Notes under the pieces: model-generated
The model's database searches: none
What the model was told of the DNA's origin: nothing
The model's input: only the letters and a program-made list of their open reading frames with translations
Assembly (NCBI GenBank): GCA_026395685.1
Contig: JAPLYG010000006.1
Span: forward strand, 4,943-68,942
Length of the DNA stretch: 64,000 nucleotides
Reading direction: 5' to 3'
Origin: Candidatus Parcubacteria bacterium
GTDB lineage: Bacteria; Patescibacteriota; Patescibacteriia; CAIXNZ01
Part shown: piece after piece, positions 20,191 to 29,302 of the stretch
Layout of the letters: every line of letters begins with the position of its first letter
How positions within the stretch are numbered: the stretch's first letter is position 1
Position numbers and translations under genes: made by a program

Positions 20191-20907
20191 ATGAATCCAA
20201 AATTAATTTTTGATATCGAGACAATTGGTGAAAACTGGGATGATTTGGACAAGACGACCCAGCATGCCCTAACCCGCTGGATAAAAAAAGATTCTTTTTC
20301 CGAGGAGCAATATAAAAGTGCGATGGAAGAAGCAAAAAATGGCCTAGGATTTTCACCCTATACCGGCCAAATTGTGGCTATCGGCGTAATGGAGGTTGAA
20401 ACCGGCCGGGGCGCGGTTTATTTCCAGTCTCCGGATAAAAAGACAGAAGATTTTGAAGAAAAGAATATTAAGTTTAAGGTTTTGAACGAAAAGGAGATGC
20501 TGCAGAGTTTTTGGCAGGGCGCTATTGAATATTCTGAATTTATTAGTTTTAACGGACGAGGTTTTGATGTGCCTTTTTTAATGATTCGCTCAGCGATTAA
20601 TGGCATTAAACCGACTAAAAATCTGATGTCCAACCGTTATGTAAACAGTCAAACATTTAATGCCCAGCATATTGACCTAATGGATCAATTAACGTTTTAT
20701 AGCGCTGTCAGGCGCAGTCCCAGCCTACATCTGGCTTGCCGTGCTTTTGGCATTAAGAGCCCCAAGGAAGATGGGGTAGACGGCGATGCTGTAAGGCCGT
20801 TATTTGAAGCCAAGGAATATTTAAAGATCGCCAAATATAATCTGGAGGATCTGAAAGCAACCAGGGAACTATACTTGAAATGGAATGAATTCATTAATAT
20901 TAAATAG
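20191..20907 (+). CDS. PolB-like 3'-5' exonuclease (RNase H-like, DEDD)
   Basis: IFDIET, SFNGRGFDVPFL, HIDLMD, YNLEDL. Confidence 0.85.
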   Translation: MNPKLIFDIETIGENWDDLDKTTQHALTRWIKKDSFSEEQYKSAMEEAKNGLGFSPYTGQIVAIGVMEVETGRGAVYFQSPDKKTEDFEEKNIKFKVLNEKEMLQSFWQGAIEYSEFISFNGRGFDVPFLMIRSAINGIKPTKNLMSNRYVNSQTFNAQHIDLMDQLTFYSAVRRSPSLHLACRAFGIKSPKEDGVDGDAVRPLFEAKEYLKIAKYNLEDLKATRELYLKWNEFINIK

Positions 20908-20970
20908 GCATTAGGGATATTGTTTGAGAGTATATTTATTAAATGAAGCTAGAATAAAATAAAAAGTTTT

Positions 20971-21100
20971 AATTACCAATTATCAATAATCAATATTCAA
21001 ACAGCACCTAAACTTTAAAAGCAAATAACTAAAAAATTTGGAAATTTGGAGTTAGGTAATTTAAATTTGTTTGATGATTGATTCTTGTTTATTGATTATT
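20971..21100. repeat. Empty inverted AATCAAT-heptamer element
   Basis: caattatcaataatcaatattcaaaca ... tgtttgatgattgattcttgtttattgattatt. Confidence 0.7.
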
Positions 21101-21114
21101 TTTAAAAAAAATAC

Positions 21115-22023
21115 ATGTGGCTAGTTTTGGCAGTTATCGCCTACCTGCTTTTTGCCCTGGCAAATATTGGGGACAAGCTGGTAGTAAGTAAATATAAAAC
21201 AGAACCCATTGTCTATGCTTTTTACGTAGGCATTTTGGGTATTGTTTCAGTTTGGCTGATTCCTTTTGGAGTTTATTGGTTACCTGGCTTTCTATTTGTC
21301 TTGGCACTTTTGGCCGGGGTTGCTTTTGTAGCAGCTTTATTTTTCATGTACAAAGCATTAAGCCTGGGAGAAACTTCAAAGGCAATTACCATCATGGGCA
21401 GTTCAAGCCCGATTTTTACTTTTACTTTGGCAAATATTTTTCTGCATGAACAGTTAAAGCTTAATGAAATTATCGCCTTTATTATTCTGGTTGCAGCCAT
21501 AATATTAATTGTTTGGCAAAAACAGAATAAATCACGCAAAAAATATCATGACTCCATAATGTTTTGGTCTGTTTTGGCCGGGTTTGGCTTTGCAGCCAAC
21601 TATATTTTGACTAAATACTTATTCAGCGCTGATAGTTTTGTTAATATTTTTTTCTGGACCAGGATCGGCGGCTTTATAACTGCTCTCGTCATCCTTTTAT
21701 TTGCGCAGGCAAGAAAATTAATTAAAGCTGACTGGAAGCGGCCGAAAAAGCAAAAGGGGCTATTGGTTCTGGGTATTCAGCTGGCAGGCGGTTTAGGCGT
21801 TATCCTGCAAAGCTATGCTTTAAGCCTGGCCAGCGCAACTTTAATTAATGCGTTGCAGGCTGTACAGTATGCCCTGGTCTTTATTTTTGCCAGTATCTTG
21901 GGCAGAAAAAACAGCCACTTAGCTGAAAATATTAATAGGCAGGAATTGATCCGTAAAATTTCAGCCTTGCTTTTAATCGCTATTGGGTTGTCTTTATTAG
22001 CTTTATCAGGCTCTTATGTCTAA
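21115..22023 (+). CDS. EamA/DMT family transporter
   Basis: About 10 TM helices in two repeats; YKALSLGE, FLHEQL. Confidence 0.8.
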   Translation: MWLVLAVIAYLLFALANIGDKLVVSKYKTEPIVYAFYVGILGIVSVWLIPFGVYWLPGFLFVLALLAGVAFVAALFFMYKALSLGETSKAITIMGSSSPIFTFTLANIFLHEQLKLNEIIAFIILVAAIILIVWQKQNKSRKKYHDSIMFWSVLAGFGFAANYILTKYLFSADSFVNIFFWTRIGGFITALVILLFAQARKLIKADWKRPKKQKGLLVLGIQLAGGLGVILQSYALSLASATLINALQAVQYALVFIFASILGRKNSHLAENINRQELIRKISALLLIAIGLSLLALSGSYV

Positions 22024-23017
22024 ATTTAAAATAAAAAAAATTATGTATTATATTTTAATCGCCATTGTTTTATTTTTGGGTGTGTTTTTAGTTTTAGCCC
22101 AACTTACTTATCAGCCGCAAAAGCCGATTAAATATGGGGTTACTTTTTCTAAAGAGTTTGCCAGCTATCTTGGGCTTGATTGGCAAAAGGCGTATTCAGA
22201 CATGCTGGATGAGTTGCAAGTAAAATATTTACGACTGCCAGTATATTGGGATCAGCTTGAACCGCAAAAAGATCAGTATGATTTTTCCGCGGCCGACTGG
22301 CAAATTGGGGAAGCTGCCAAAAGAAATGTAAAAATTATACTCGTAGTCGGCCGCCGTCAACCGCGCTGGCCTGAATGCCATGATCCAGCCTGGGTTAATT
22401 CTGTTTCAAGTAAGGAGGCCAGGGAAAAGTTATTGAAAAATATTGAATTGGTCGTTAATCGCTATAAAAACAATTCGGCAATTGAAATTTGGCAGGTGGA
22501 AAATGAGCCTTTTCTTAATTTTTTTGGCAAATGCCCGAAAATGAGTAAACAAGAATTACAGGAGGAAATTGATTTGGTCAGAAAACTGGATAACCGTAAA
22601 ATATTATTGACTGATTCCGGAGAATTAAGTACCTGGTATCCCTTAAGTAAAATGGGTGATTATTTCGGCACCACTTTATACCGCACAACTTACAATAAAT
22701 ATTTTGGCTACTGGAATTACTTTTTTGTACCGGCTTCATTTTACCGCCTTAAGGCTTTAGCCCTGGGCAATTCTTTGGACAATACCATGATCGCGGAACT
22801 GCAGGCTGAGCCGTGGTTTTCGGACGGGGTAACAGCTACGCCCTTAGAAAAGCAATTAAAAGGCATGAATGCTGATAAGCTTAAAGCCAATGCCGAGTAT
22901 GCCAGAAAGACTAATTTTTCCCGCGCTTATTTTTGGGGAGTGGAATGGTGGTACTGGCTGAAAGTTAATCATAATAATCCCTCGGTCTGGGATGCGGCCA
23001 AGGAATACTTTAAATAA
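22016..23017 (+). CDS. Clan GH-A glycoside hydrolase (membrane anchored)
   Basis: RLPVYWDQLEP, WQVENEP (acid/base), AELQAEPW. Confidence 0.8.
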   Translation: MSKFKIKKIMYYILIAIVLFLGVFLVLAQLTYQPQKPIKYGVTFSKEFASYLGLDWQKAYSDMLDELQVKYLRLPVYWDQLEPQKDQYDFSAADWQIGEAAKRNVKIILVVGRRQPRWPECHDPAWVNSVSSKEAREKLLKNIELVVNRYKNNSAIEIWQVENEPFLNFFGKCPKMSKQELQEEIDLVRKLDNRKILLTDSGELSTWYPLSKMGDYFGTTLYRTTYNKYFGYWNYFFVPASFYRLKALALGNSLDNTMIAELQAEPWFSDGVTATPLEKQLKGMNADKLKANAEYARKTNFSRAYFWGVEWWYWLKVNHNNPSVWDAAKEYFK

Positions 23018-23653
23018 TAAAATAAATTCATGGAAAAATTAAAAAGTTTTTTATTAGTTGGTGTTTTAGTAGGTATTATTTTATTGATTCCTTACGAGAC
23101 TTATGCGTTAAATGAAGAAAGCCCGAAGATGAGTCAGGAAAGCTTGACTTGTCAAAATGATAAAGATTGCATTCTGGTAGAAAATCAGTGTGGTTTTACA
23201 GATGCAATAAATAGAAACTATTTAAAAACTTGGGAATATGCAGTAAGTATAACCCCAAAGGATATGTTGTGTGGTTGGATAACTAAAGCATGGCTCACTA
23301 CTGAGCATGAAGTTGCCAGGTGTAGAAATAATAGTTGCACTGTCGTAACAGAGTTAGAGTGGTGGGCAAAAAATTCAATAACAAGAAATGCCGTATTTTT
23401 TTATCATCATCTCAAACAGGGCAAAGTAGATTATTCTGCTTTAATATTCCCGGCAATGTTAATAGTACTGCTGATTTTGATAGGAATACTTATATTTAAA
23501 AAAAGAAAAAAAGTATAAACGTCATGTGGAAACGCCCTTTTTGGGGAGTGGAGTGGTGGTACTGGCTGAAAGTTAAGAATAATAATTCATCTGTCTGGGA
23601 CGCGGCCAAGGAATATTTTAAATAATAAAATAAATTTATGGAAAAATTAAAAA
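22930..23653 (+). repeat. ~116-bp direct repeat (22930-23045 and 23538-23653)
   Basis: The 3' end of the GH gene, the spacer and ATGGAAAAATTAAAAA are duplicated, with about nine substitutions by hand count. Confidence 0.9.
23030..23518 (+). CDS. Membrane protein with CxxDxDC Cys-rich domain
   Basis: N- and C-terminal TM helices; CQNDKDC...CG...CRNNSC. Confidence 0.7.
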   Translation: MEKLKSFLLVGVLVGIILLIPYETYALNEESPKMSQESLTCQNDKDCILVENQCGFTDAINRNYLKTWEYAVSITPKDMLCGWITKAWLTTEHEVARCRNNSCTVVTELEWWAKNSITRNAVFFYHHLKQGKVDYSALIFPAMLIVLLILIGILIFKKRKKV

Positions 23654-24120
23654 TAAGCAGTATATTGATTATTATAGGAGTATTAGGTTTGATGTGCTTT
23701 GCATTGTTTAATATTTGGTTATTTAAGCAACAAACAAATTATGAAAATGAGGCTAAAAGACTTCCGTTGCCGAAGACTTATGATGAAAGAATTGCCTGTA
23801 ATAACGATAATGATTGCGTTTTATTTAGGGATAGATGCGGCGAGTTAATTCCCACAAATAAAAAATTTTTATACGCAATGGAAAAGCAGAAGCAGGCACA
23901 GATGGCAAGCGTTGATGGAGAATTTAGTCTATGCTTATTTAGCAGCCCAACATTATTATCAGGCGAAGAATTTGTTGCAAAGTGTAAAAATAATCAATGT
24001 GTCTTGGCAAGAGAAAAGGTAAACACTAAAATAAAAATATTTGCAGGAGTGATAATATTGATTGTGGGAATTGCGGTTATTTTTGTGATAAAGAAGAAAA
24101 GGCACTTGAAGATAAGTTAA
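23638..24120 (+). CDS. Membrane protein with CxxDxDC domain (paralog of 23030..23518)
   Basis: CNNDNDC...CG...CKNNQC; same topology. Confidence 0.7.
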   Translation: MEKLKISSILIIIGVLGLMCFALFNIWLFKQQTNYENEAKRLPLPKTYDERIACNNDNDCVLFRDRCGELIPTNKKFLYAMEKQKQAQMASVDGEFSLCLFSSPTLLSGEEFVAKCKNNQCVLAREKVNTKIKIFAGVIILIVGIAVIFVIKKKRHLKIS

Positions 24121-24130
24121 GGATACAAAG

Positions 24131-24248
24131 AAAAAATCGGCCAATTTTATAAAATGTACCCAGCCCTTCGCGAAGGGCTGGGTACATTGTTTTTTTAACA
24201 AGGCCGATTTTTTATCTTTAGTAGGCGACACAAGCTTGTGTCGCCTAC
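24131..24248. repeat. Nested perfect palindromes plus a GTAG-type REP-like palindrome
   Basis: 36-bp perfect palindrome 24153-24188 inside aaaaaatcggcc/ggccgatttttt; GTAGGCGACACAAGCTTGTGTCGCCTAC at 24221-24248. Confidence 0.85.
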
Positions 24249-24410
24249 GTACGTTCATATTACTTTTTCCTATTAATTATTGGGCTATTGTGGTATCATT
24301 GACAAAAATGTATAAATATGATATTATATGGGGTAAGTATTGAAATGTTCCTAGTTGTGCAAATCTTAGGCAACTAGGTTTTATTGGCCCAATAGCAAGG
24401 AGGAACATAG

Positions 24411-24731
24411 ATGGCTCTGAAGCAGTATCTGATTCGTTTGGCGATCATGTTCGCGGTTATCGTCGGTCTAGGCGCCGTGGTGATGGCCTTGCCGAACCAG
24501 GACAAGGCTGTCCACAAGCACATCATGAAACCGCTCCTCGTGGTGGATTCGCCCAAGCCGATTGGCCAGGGCCTCTACGTGGTGGTGGTTAAGCAGGGAA
24601 ACCTCAAAGTCCCGATGCTGACCATGAACCGCAACCTGACCGCTGGAAAGGTCGCCCAGATCGTGCGTTACGACCTCGACGGCAGCCACCCGGCCATCGA
24701 TCTGATGAACTTCACGTTCATGGCCGAGTAG
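24411..24731 (+). CDS. GC-rich membrane-anchored orphan protein
   Basis: AAGGAGG SD, upstream TTGACA promoter, downstream hairpin plus T-run. Confidence 0.65.
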   Translation: MALKQYLIRLAIMFAVIVGLGAVVMALPNQDKAVHKHIMKPLLVVDSPKPIGQGLYVVVVKQGNLKVPMLTMNRNLTAGKVAQIVRYDLDGSHPAIDLMNFTFMAE

Positions 24732-24858
24732 TGCCACACGCCCAACCCCCGGGAATCATTCCTGGGGATTTTTTTATTTAAAAATTTGGGCGCAGTCAGT
24801 CGATTTTTTCATTAAGATATTATTCGATAATAGATGTTATTTTTGGTATAATTAGAGC

Positions 24859-26007
24859 ATGAAGAAAAAACTAAAAATCGGATTTTTTACCGATACATAT
24901 TTACCTCAGGTAAATGGCGTGGTAACCTCAATTGAGCTTTTTCGTCAAGAATTAGAACGCCAGGGTCATCAGGTTTATATTTTTTGTCCGAGAGTCGCAG
25001 GCGAAAAAGACAGCGCTAGAGTGATTAGGTTTAAATCATTTCGTTTTTTGTTTCAGCCGGAATATCATGTTTCCATTCCTTTTTCTCGCCATATTTTGCG
25101 GGATTTTTGGTCCAAAGAATTGGATATTGTTCATGCGCATACTCCGTTTAGCATCGGCTTGTTAGGCTATTATTATGCCTATATTAAAAAAGTGCCTTTT
25201 ATCCATACTTACCATACCTTATATCCAGAGTACATTAAATCATATTTATTTAAAGGCAAGGTTATTACTCCGGGTATGGCTGCGAAATTCAGTTCGGTTT
25301 TTTCCAATCGTTGCGACCTGACAATTGCGCCTTCAATTAAAATTAAGAGGCTTCTGGAAGAGTATGGCGTAAAAACGCCTATTGATGTTTTAGCAACCGG
25401 CGTTAATGTTCAAGATTATGCAAGAAAAGTTAAGGCTAATAATTTTCGAAAACAATATGGCTTAAAGGCGACTGATAAGCTGTTAATTTTTGTCGGGCGG
25501 TTGGGCAAAGAGAAGAATGTTGATTTCCTGATTTCAGCTTTGCCCTTGATCCAAATGACAATCAAAAATGCCAAGCTGATTATTATCGGAGATGGACCGC
25601 ATCGCGCTAATCTGCAAAAACAGGCAATTAAATTGAAAATTAGGGATTCAGTTATTTTTACCGGTTATTTTAAAAAGCCGGAAGTGGTTAAGGCTTATCA
25701 GGCGAGTGATCTTTTTGTTTTTGCGTCTTTAACTGACACTCAGGGCATGGTGGTGGTTGAAGCTGCTGCAGCGGGCTTGCCAATCGTGGCAGTTAAGGAT
25801 GACGCCTTTGGTGAATTTTTACGAAACGGTCAAAACGGCTTTAATACTCAGCAAAATAAAAAAGACTTTAGCGATAAAGTCGTGCAAATCTTAAGTAAGA
25901 AGTCTCTTTATAATAAAATGTCTAAAAAGTCTCAGGAAATTGCCAGGGAGTTTACGATTGAGAAACAGACGAAAAAACTGGCGAGCATTTATCGAAAATT
26001 AATGTAA
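24859..26007 (+). CDS. GT4 glycosyltransferase (diacylglycerol glucosyltransferase-like)
   Basis: FTDTYLPQVNGV, HAHTPF, FVGRLGKEKN, DTQGMVVVEA. Confidence 0.9.
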   Translation: MKKKLKIGFFTDTYLPQVNGVVTSIELFRQELERQGHQVYIFCPRVAGEKDSARVIRFKSFRFLFQPEYHVSIPFSRHILRDFWSKELDIVHAHTPFSIGLLGYYYAYIKKVPFIHTYHTLYPEYIKSYLFKGKVITPGMAAKFSSVFSNRCDLTIAPSIKIKRLLEEYGVKTPIDVLATGVNVQDYARKVKANNFRKQYGLKATDKLLIFVGRLGKEKNVDFLISALPLIQMTIKNAKLIIIGDGPHRANLQKQAIKLKIRDSVIFTGYFKKPEVVKAYQASDLFVFASLTDTQGMVVVEAAAAGLPIVAVKDDAFGEFLRNGQNGFNTQQNKKDFSDKVVQILSKKSLYNKMSKKSQEIAREFTIEKQTKKLASIYRKLM

Positions 26008-26021
26008 ATAATAAATATAGT

Positions 26022-26540
26022 GACAAACCCCCCACTGTTATTCAGAGCGAAGCGAAGGATCCCAACGTCCAAAGAGATCCCTCACTCTGTTCAGGATGAC
26101 AATGGAGAAATGCAGTGAGGGTTTTGTGTCCATTTACTAACATATGGAAGACAATTCATACGCAGTTTATATCTTGATGAATAAAATGAGAACCGTAAAT
26201 TATACAGGGGTAACTAATGATTTAATTCGGCGAAGTTGGGAACACAAGAACAAGGTAAATGACGGATTTACCAAAAGGTATAAAGTTGATAAGCTTGTCT
26301 ATTATGAATTTTTTGAAGATATTAATAATGCTATTGCCAGAGAAAAACAACTAAAAGGTTGGTCAAAGGCAAAGAAGATGAAACTAATAGAATCTTTAAA
26401 CCCATATTACAAGGATTTATGGGAAGATCTTTGTAAATAAAAATACCCTCTGTCATCCAGAGCGAAGCGAAGGATCTCTTTGGTCGTCGATATCCAAGGA
26501 GATTCCTCATTTCATTCGGAATGACAGAGGGTGTTTTTTT
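26022..26540 (+). mobile_element. GIY-YIG gene bracketed by two copies of a TGTCAT...ATGACA palindrome (putative mobile unit)
   Basis: tgt(t/c)at(t/c)cagagcgaagcgaaggatc...gagat.cctca...atgaca at ~26036-26101 and ~26451-26526. Confidence 0.55.
26144..26440 (+). CDS. GIY-YIG nuclease family protein
   Basis: AVYIL...YTGVTNDLIRRSWEHK...LVYYE...AIAREKQLKGW. Confidence 0.92.
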   Translation: MEDNSYAVYILMNKMRTVNYTGVTNDLIRRSWEHKNKVNDGFTKRYKVDKLVYYEFFEDINNAIAREKQLKGWSKAKKMKLIESLNPYYKDLWEDLCK

Positions 26541-26569
26541 GTTTTAAATCCAGAATATTTACTTGCAAT

Positions 26570-27291
26570 TCATTTAATCGAATTCCAGCACAGATTAAAG
26601 ATCAGGCGCATAGTCTCGGCAATTGGCTGTGATTCTATAATTACTCCGATTTTTTCTTCATAAGAGGTTAAATTGACAAAATTGTCGTAAATATCGATTT
26701 CAATATTGAAGGGATACATTTTGCTGGAAATTAACTTGGTTTGGCGCAATTCTTTTTTATCAGCTTTTACCCAGGGAAGCATATCAGGCGTATTTGGTGA
26801 AATCAGCTTTACTGAAATATTTTTTTTGATTCTTTTGGCAATATATTCCGGTTCAGCTTCAATTAAAGAATTAAACTGAGTATTATTGGCAAAGCTGAGT
26901 ATTTCCCTCTTGGCATTTAGGGAGTTTTTAATAACCCTGACAATACCATCTACTCCTTCATAAAATCTGATTTTTGGCTTTTTTACTGAAAGATTATTCA
27001 AAGCGTTCAAATCCGGCAAAACCGACAACAGCATTTCTTCCTTGCTTTTGATCAAGCCCATCAATTCAGAAGGCTCGGCCGCAACATATAATACCTTTTT
27101 TTCTTGGTGGTCTGGGAAATCAGCTGTTTTTGCTTGAGCTCTTCAATAATATAGTAAATCGTGCCCCTGTTTACTCCTGACTTTTTGGCAATTTCCAGGA
27201 TAGAGGAGGTACCCAGCTCCAGACAAGCCAGGTAAACCTTGGATTCCTTATCATTAAGACCCAGATTGGTCAAAACTTGTGGTAATAGCAT
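26570..27291 (-). pseudogene. TrmB-family transcriptional regulator split by a frameshift in an A7 run
   Basis: HTH ORF 27061..27291 plus effector-domain ORF 26570..27064 (IRFYEGVDG, EIDIYDN); one extra A in the run at 27096-27102 gives TTKKKKVLYVAAEPSELMGL and fuses them. Confidence 0.8.
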
Positions 27292-27316
27292 ATAGGAATA
27301 TGGTTAGCTTTGGTTA

Positions 27317-27435
27317 TATGTTGAAAAAATTGACAACATTACTTATATAAGCAGTATAGCAAATATAAGGAATATTGTCAATAGGTACTATTTTATGTTG
27401 AAGTACTTGACAGGTTTGTAAAAATATGCTATACT
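27317..27435. promoter_or_regulatory. Back-to-back sigma70 promoters with a repeated candidate operator
   Basis: Minus: TTGACA(27381-27376)-N17-TATACT; plus: TTGACA(27407)-N17-TATACT; TATGTTGAAnnnnTTGACA at 27317 and 27394. Confidence 0.75.
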
Positions 27436-27564
27436 GCAATATCAGGATGAGAAAGGGACAAGTCCCTGGCTCACACCCGAACCACATATAGTAAGTTCAG
27501 AGTTCTTTAAAGATAAATACCCCACCCTCAACAGTCCTGCAGTGCGGGACAAAAGGAGTTTACG

Positions 27565-27942
27565 ATGGAAAATCAGATCAATTTTGCCGAAGTCCAGAAG
27601 CAGCTCGAAAGGTTTTTGGAACGGCTATATGGTGTACATCAGCCAATGTATCTAGATGGGCATGAGGATATTTGCGTGTGTCGTTTTGACTGCTATAAGC
27701 GCAGCTACCTTGACAAGTATGGTTCTTATGTCGTGCTTGCCCGGCAGAATGGTGACAAGACGAGTGTAGAGTTTTTAATGTCGATTATTGGTCCTTATGA
27801 TTTTACCATCATGAAAGTTTCTGAGTGCGAAAATGTCCTGACCTTAAAAGTTAAGTGGTTCAGTGGTTCGAAAGCTGGCCAAATTGAGGATCTTAATTTT
27901 GATTTTTCTAATCCGGTTGGTCTACTTGCTTTTGAGGTCTAG
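27565..27942 (+). CDS. Cassette gene 1, hypothetical protein
   Basis: AAAAGGAG SD; followed by repeat R1. Confidence 0.7.
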   Translation: MENQINFAEVQKQLERFLERLYGVHQPMYLDGHEDICVCRFDCYKRSYLDKYGSYVVLARQNGDKTSVEFLMSIIGPYDFTIMKVSECENVLTLKVKWFSGSKAGQIEDLNFDFSNPVGLLAFEV

Positions 27943-27949
27943 TCTGGAA

Positions 27950-28036
27950 GGGAAGCAGAAAACAGCATCTGCTCCCCGCCTAAATTGAGTCTTTTTCAAA
28001 GGGAAGAAGATTCAAAAGTAGGTTAAGTTCTTTAAA
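27950..28036 (+). repeat. Cassette repeat R1 (two hairpins plus GTTCTTTAAA)
   Basis: gggaagcaga..tctgctcccc gcctaaattgagtcttttt..aagaagattcaaaagtaggttaagttctttaaa. Confidence 0.9.
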
Positions 28037-28071
28037 TATCTATAACGTTTTCAACCCAAAGGAGAAATAAG

Positions 28072-28746
28072 ATGAAGAAGATGATGATGGCGGCCATAGT
28101 TGTTTGCCTGTTGGCTACTTCGGCTAAGGCTGGCCAGCTTCGTCTGGCTGGTTACTACGATGTCAGCAGGGAACAGAGAACCATCACGGTTGACGGTTTC
28201 TCGCAGCTGTCCACAAAGTGGAGCACCTGGGGGTTCGTGGACTTTTACACGACCCAGGGCAACCAGAAGGATGCGGCTGACAATGCTGATGTCCAGACAT
28301 TCTGCGGCAAAGGCACTCTGAGCTTTGTTCTCTGGCAGATCGATCAGCACAACTCTGTCAAACTGACTGGCGAGCTGATTGACTCCAGCTGGGCTAGCTC
28401 TGAGTTTCGTCCTGGCCTGCAGTGGGTGGTTGGCGGCGACTGGGGATTTGCGAACTTCAAAGTTCTGCCAGTGACTTTTGAACTGGTGGCGCCGGAAGAT
28501 CCGCTTCCTCAGGTTGGTGCCATTGGTGGAGCCTGGTATGTTAATGCCAGTGACAAGATGTTCTGGGAGGGCTTCTGGGAAATGACCTATACCTATGAGG
28601 ATCAGACTCGGTATTATCCGGTTATCGGAGAGACCCAGCTGGGATATCGTCTGACTGAAAAGCTCAATATCCTCGTAGAGTATCGGTACAACAACTTCGT
28701 GGAAGATGATCACGGCCTCGGACTCGGGGCTGAGATCGTCTTCTGA
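28072..28746 (+). CDS. Cassette gene 2, secreted beta-barrel-like protein (possibly Tsx/DUF5020-like)
   Basis: Signal peptide; amphipathic beta-strands with aromatic girdles (WGFVDFY, FWEGFWEM); C-terminal GLGAEIVF. Confidence 0.6.
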   Translation: MKKMMMAAIVVCLLATSAKAGQLRLAGYYDVSREQRTITVDGFSQLSTKWSTWGFVDFYTTQGNQKDAADNADVQTFCGKGTLSFVLWQIDQHNSVKLTGELIDSSWASSEFRPGLQWVVGGDWGFANFKVLPVTFELVAPEDPLPQVGAIGGAWYVNASDKMFWEGFWEMTYTYEDQTRYYPVIGETQLGYRLTEKLNILVEYRYNNFVEDDHGLGLGAEIVF

Positions 28747-28751
28747 CATCA

Positions 28752-28840
28752 GGGGAGCGGACTAAGGATAGTCTGCTCCCCACCTAAATTGAGTTTTTTT
28801 CCAAGAGAAGAAGATTCAAAAGTAGGTTATGTTCTTTAAA
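28752..28840 (+). repeat. Cassette repeat R2
   Basis: ggggagcgga..tctgctcccc acctaaattgagttttttt..aagaagattcaaaagtaggttatgttctttaaa. Confidence 0.9.
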
Positions 28841-28894
28841 GATAAATACCCCCCTCTAACAGTCCTGCAATGCGGGACAAAAGGAGCCAGAATA

Positions 28895-29296
28895 ATGATG
28901 AACCCCGAGAATTTCCTGGTTGAAAGCAATGGCCGTTTGTCCGTCAACCCCGAGTTTAAGGCCGAGTTTGCCAGTATAGAAGAGGCAGTCGGTTACCTGT
29001 GCAGCGTCCTGGTTTATTTCCATGAAGAACTCTTCTGTGGGAATAACATCTACGACGGGAATGCTAAGCATTCCAGGAAAACTCCTCATCCGAAAAAAGA
29101 CTGGGAGTTTTGTCACAATGAAATTTCGAAGGGTAGCTTGCTGACCGGGGTTGCGCTTGATGCGATTTTTCAAGATTTCGGCGGATATCAGTCTTTTCGT
29201 AAGTTGCCTTTTGTTAAGACCCTGTTTGGGTTGAGGGGATCGAGATATATCAGCGTGAAGTATTCGGAGATGAAAGAATTCTCCGGAAAAAAATAA
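28895..29296 (+). CDS. Cassette gene 3, hypothetical protein
   Basis: AAAAGGAG SD before the ATG at 28895; leader nearly identical to that of cassette gene 1. Confidence 0.7.
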   Translation: MMNPENFLVESNGRLSVNPEFKAEFASIEEAVGYLCSVLVYFHEELFCGNNIYDGNAKHSRKTPHPKKDWEFCHNEISKGSLLTGVALDAIFQDFGGYQSFRKLPFVKTLFGLRGSRYISVKYSEMKEFSGKK

Positions 29297-29302
29297 TAAA
29301 AA

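Noticed and set aside
22930-23653. DGR template/variable repeat pair
   Set aside because: Differences are not adenine-specific, the repeat extends past the stop into the next gene, and no reverse transcriptase is present.
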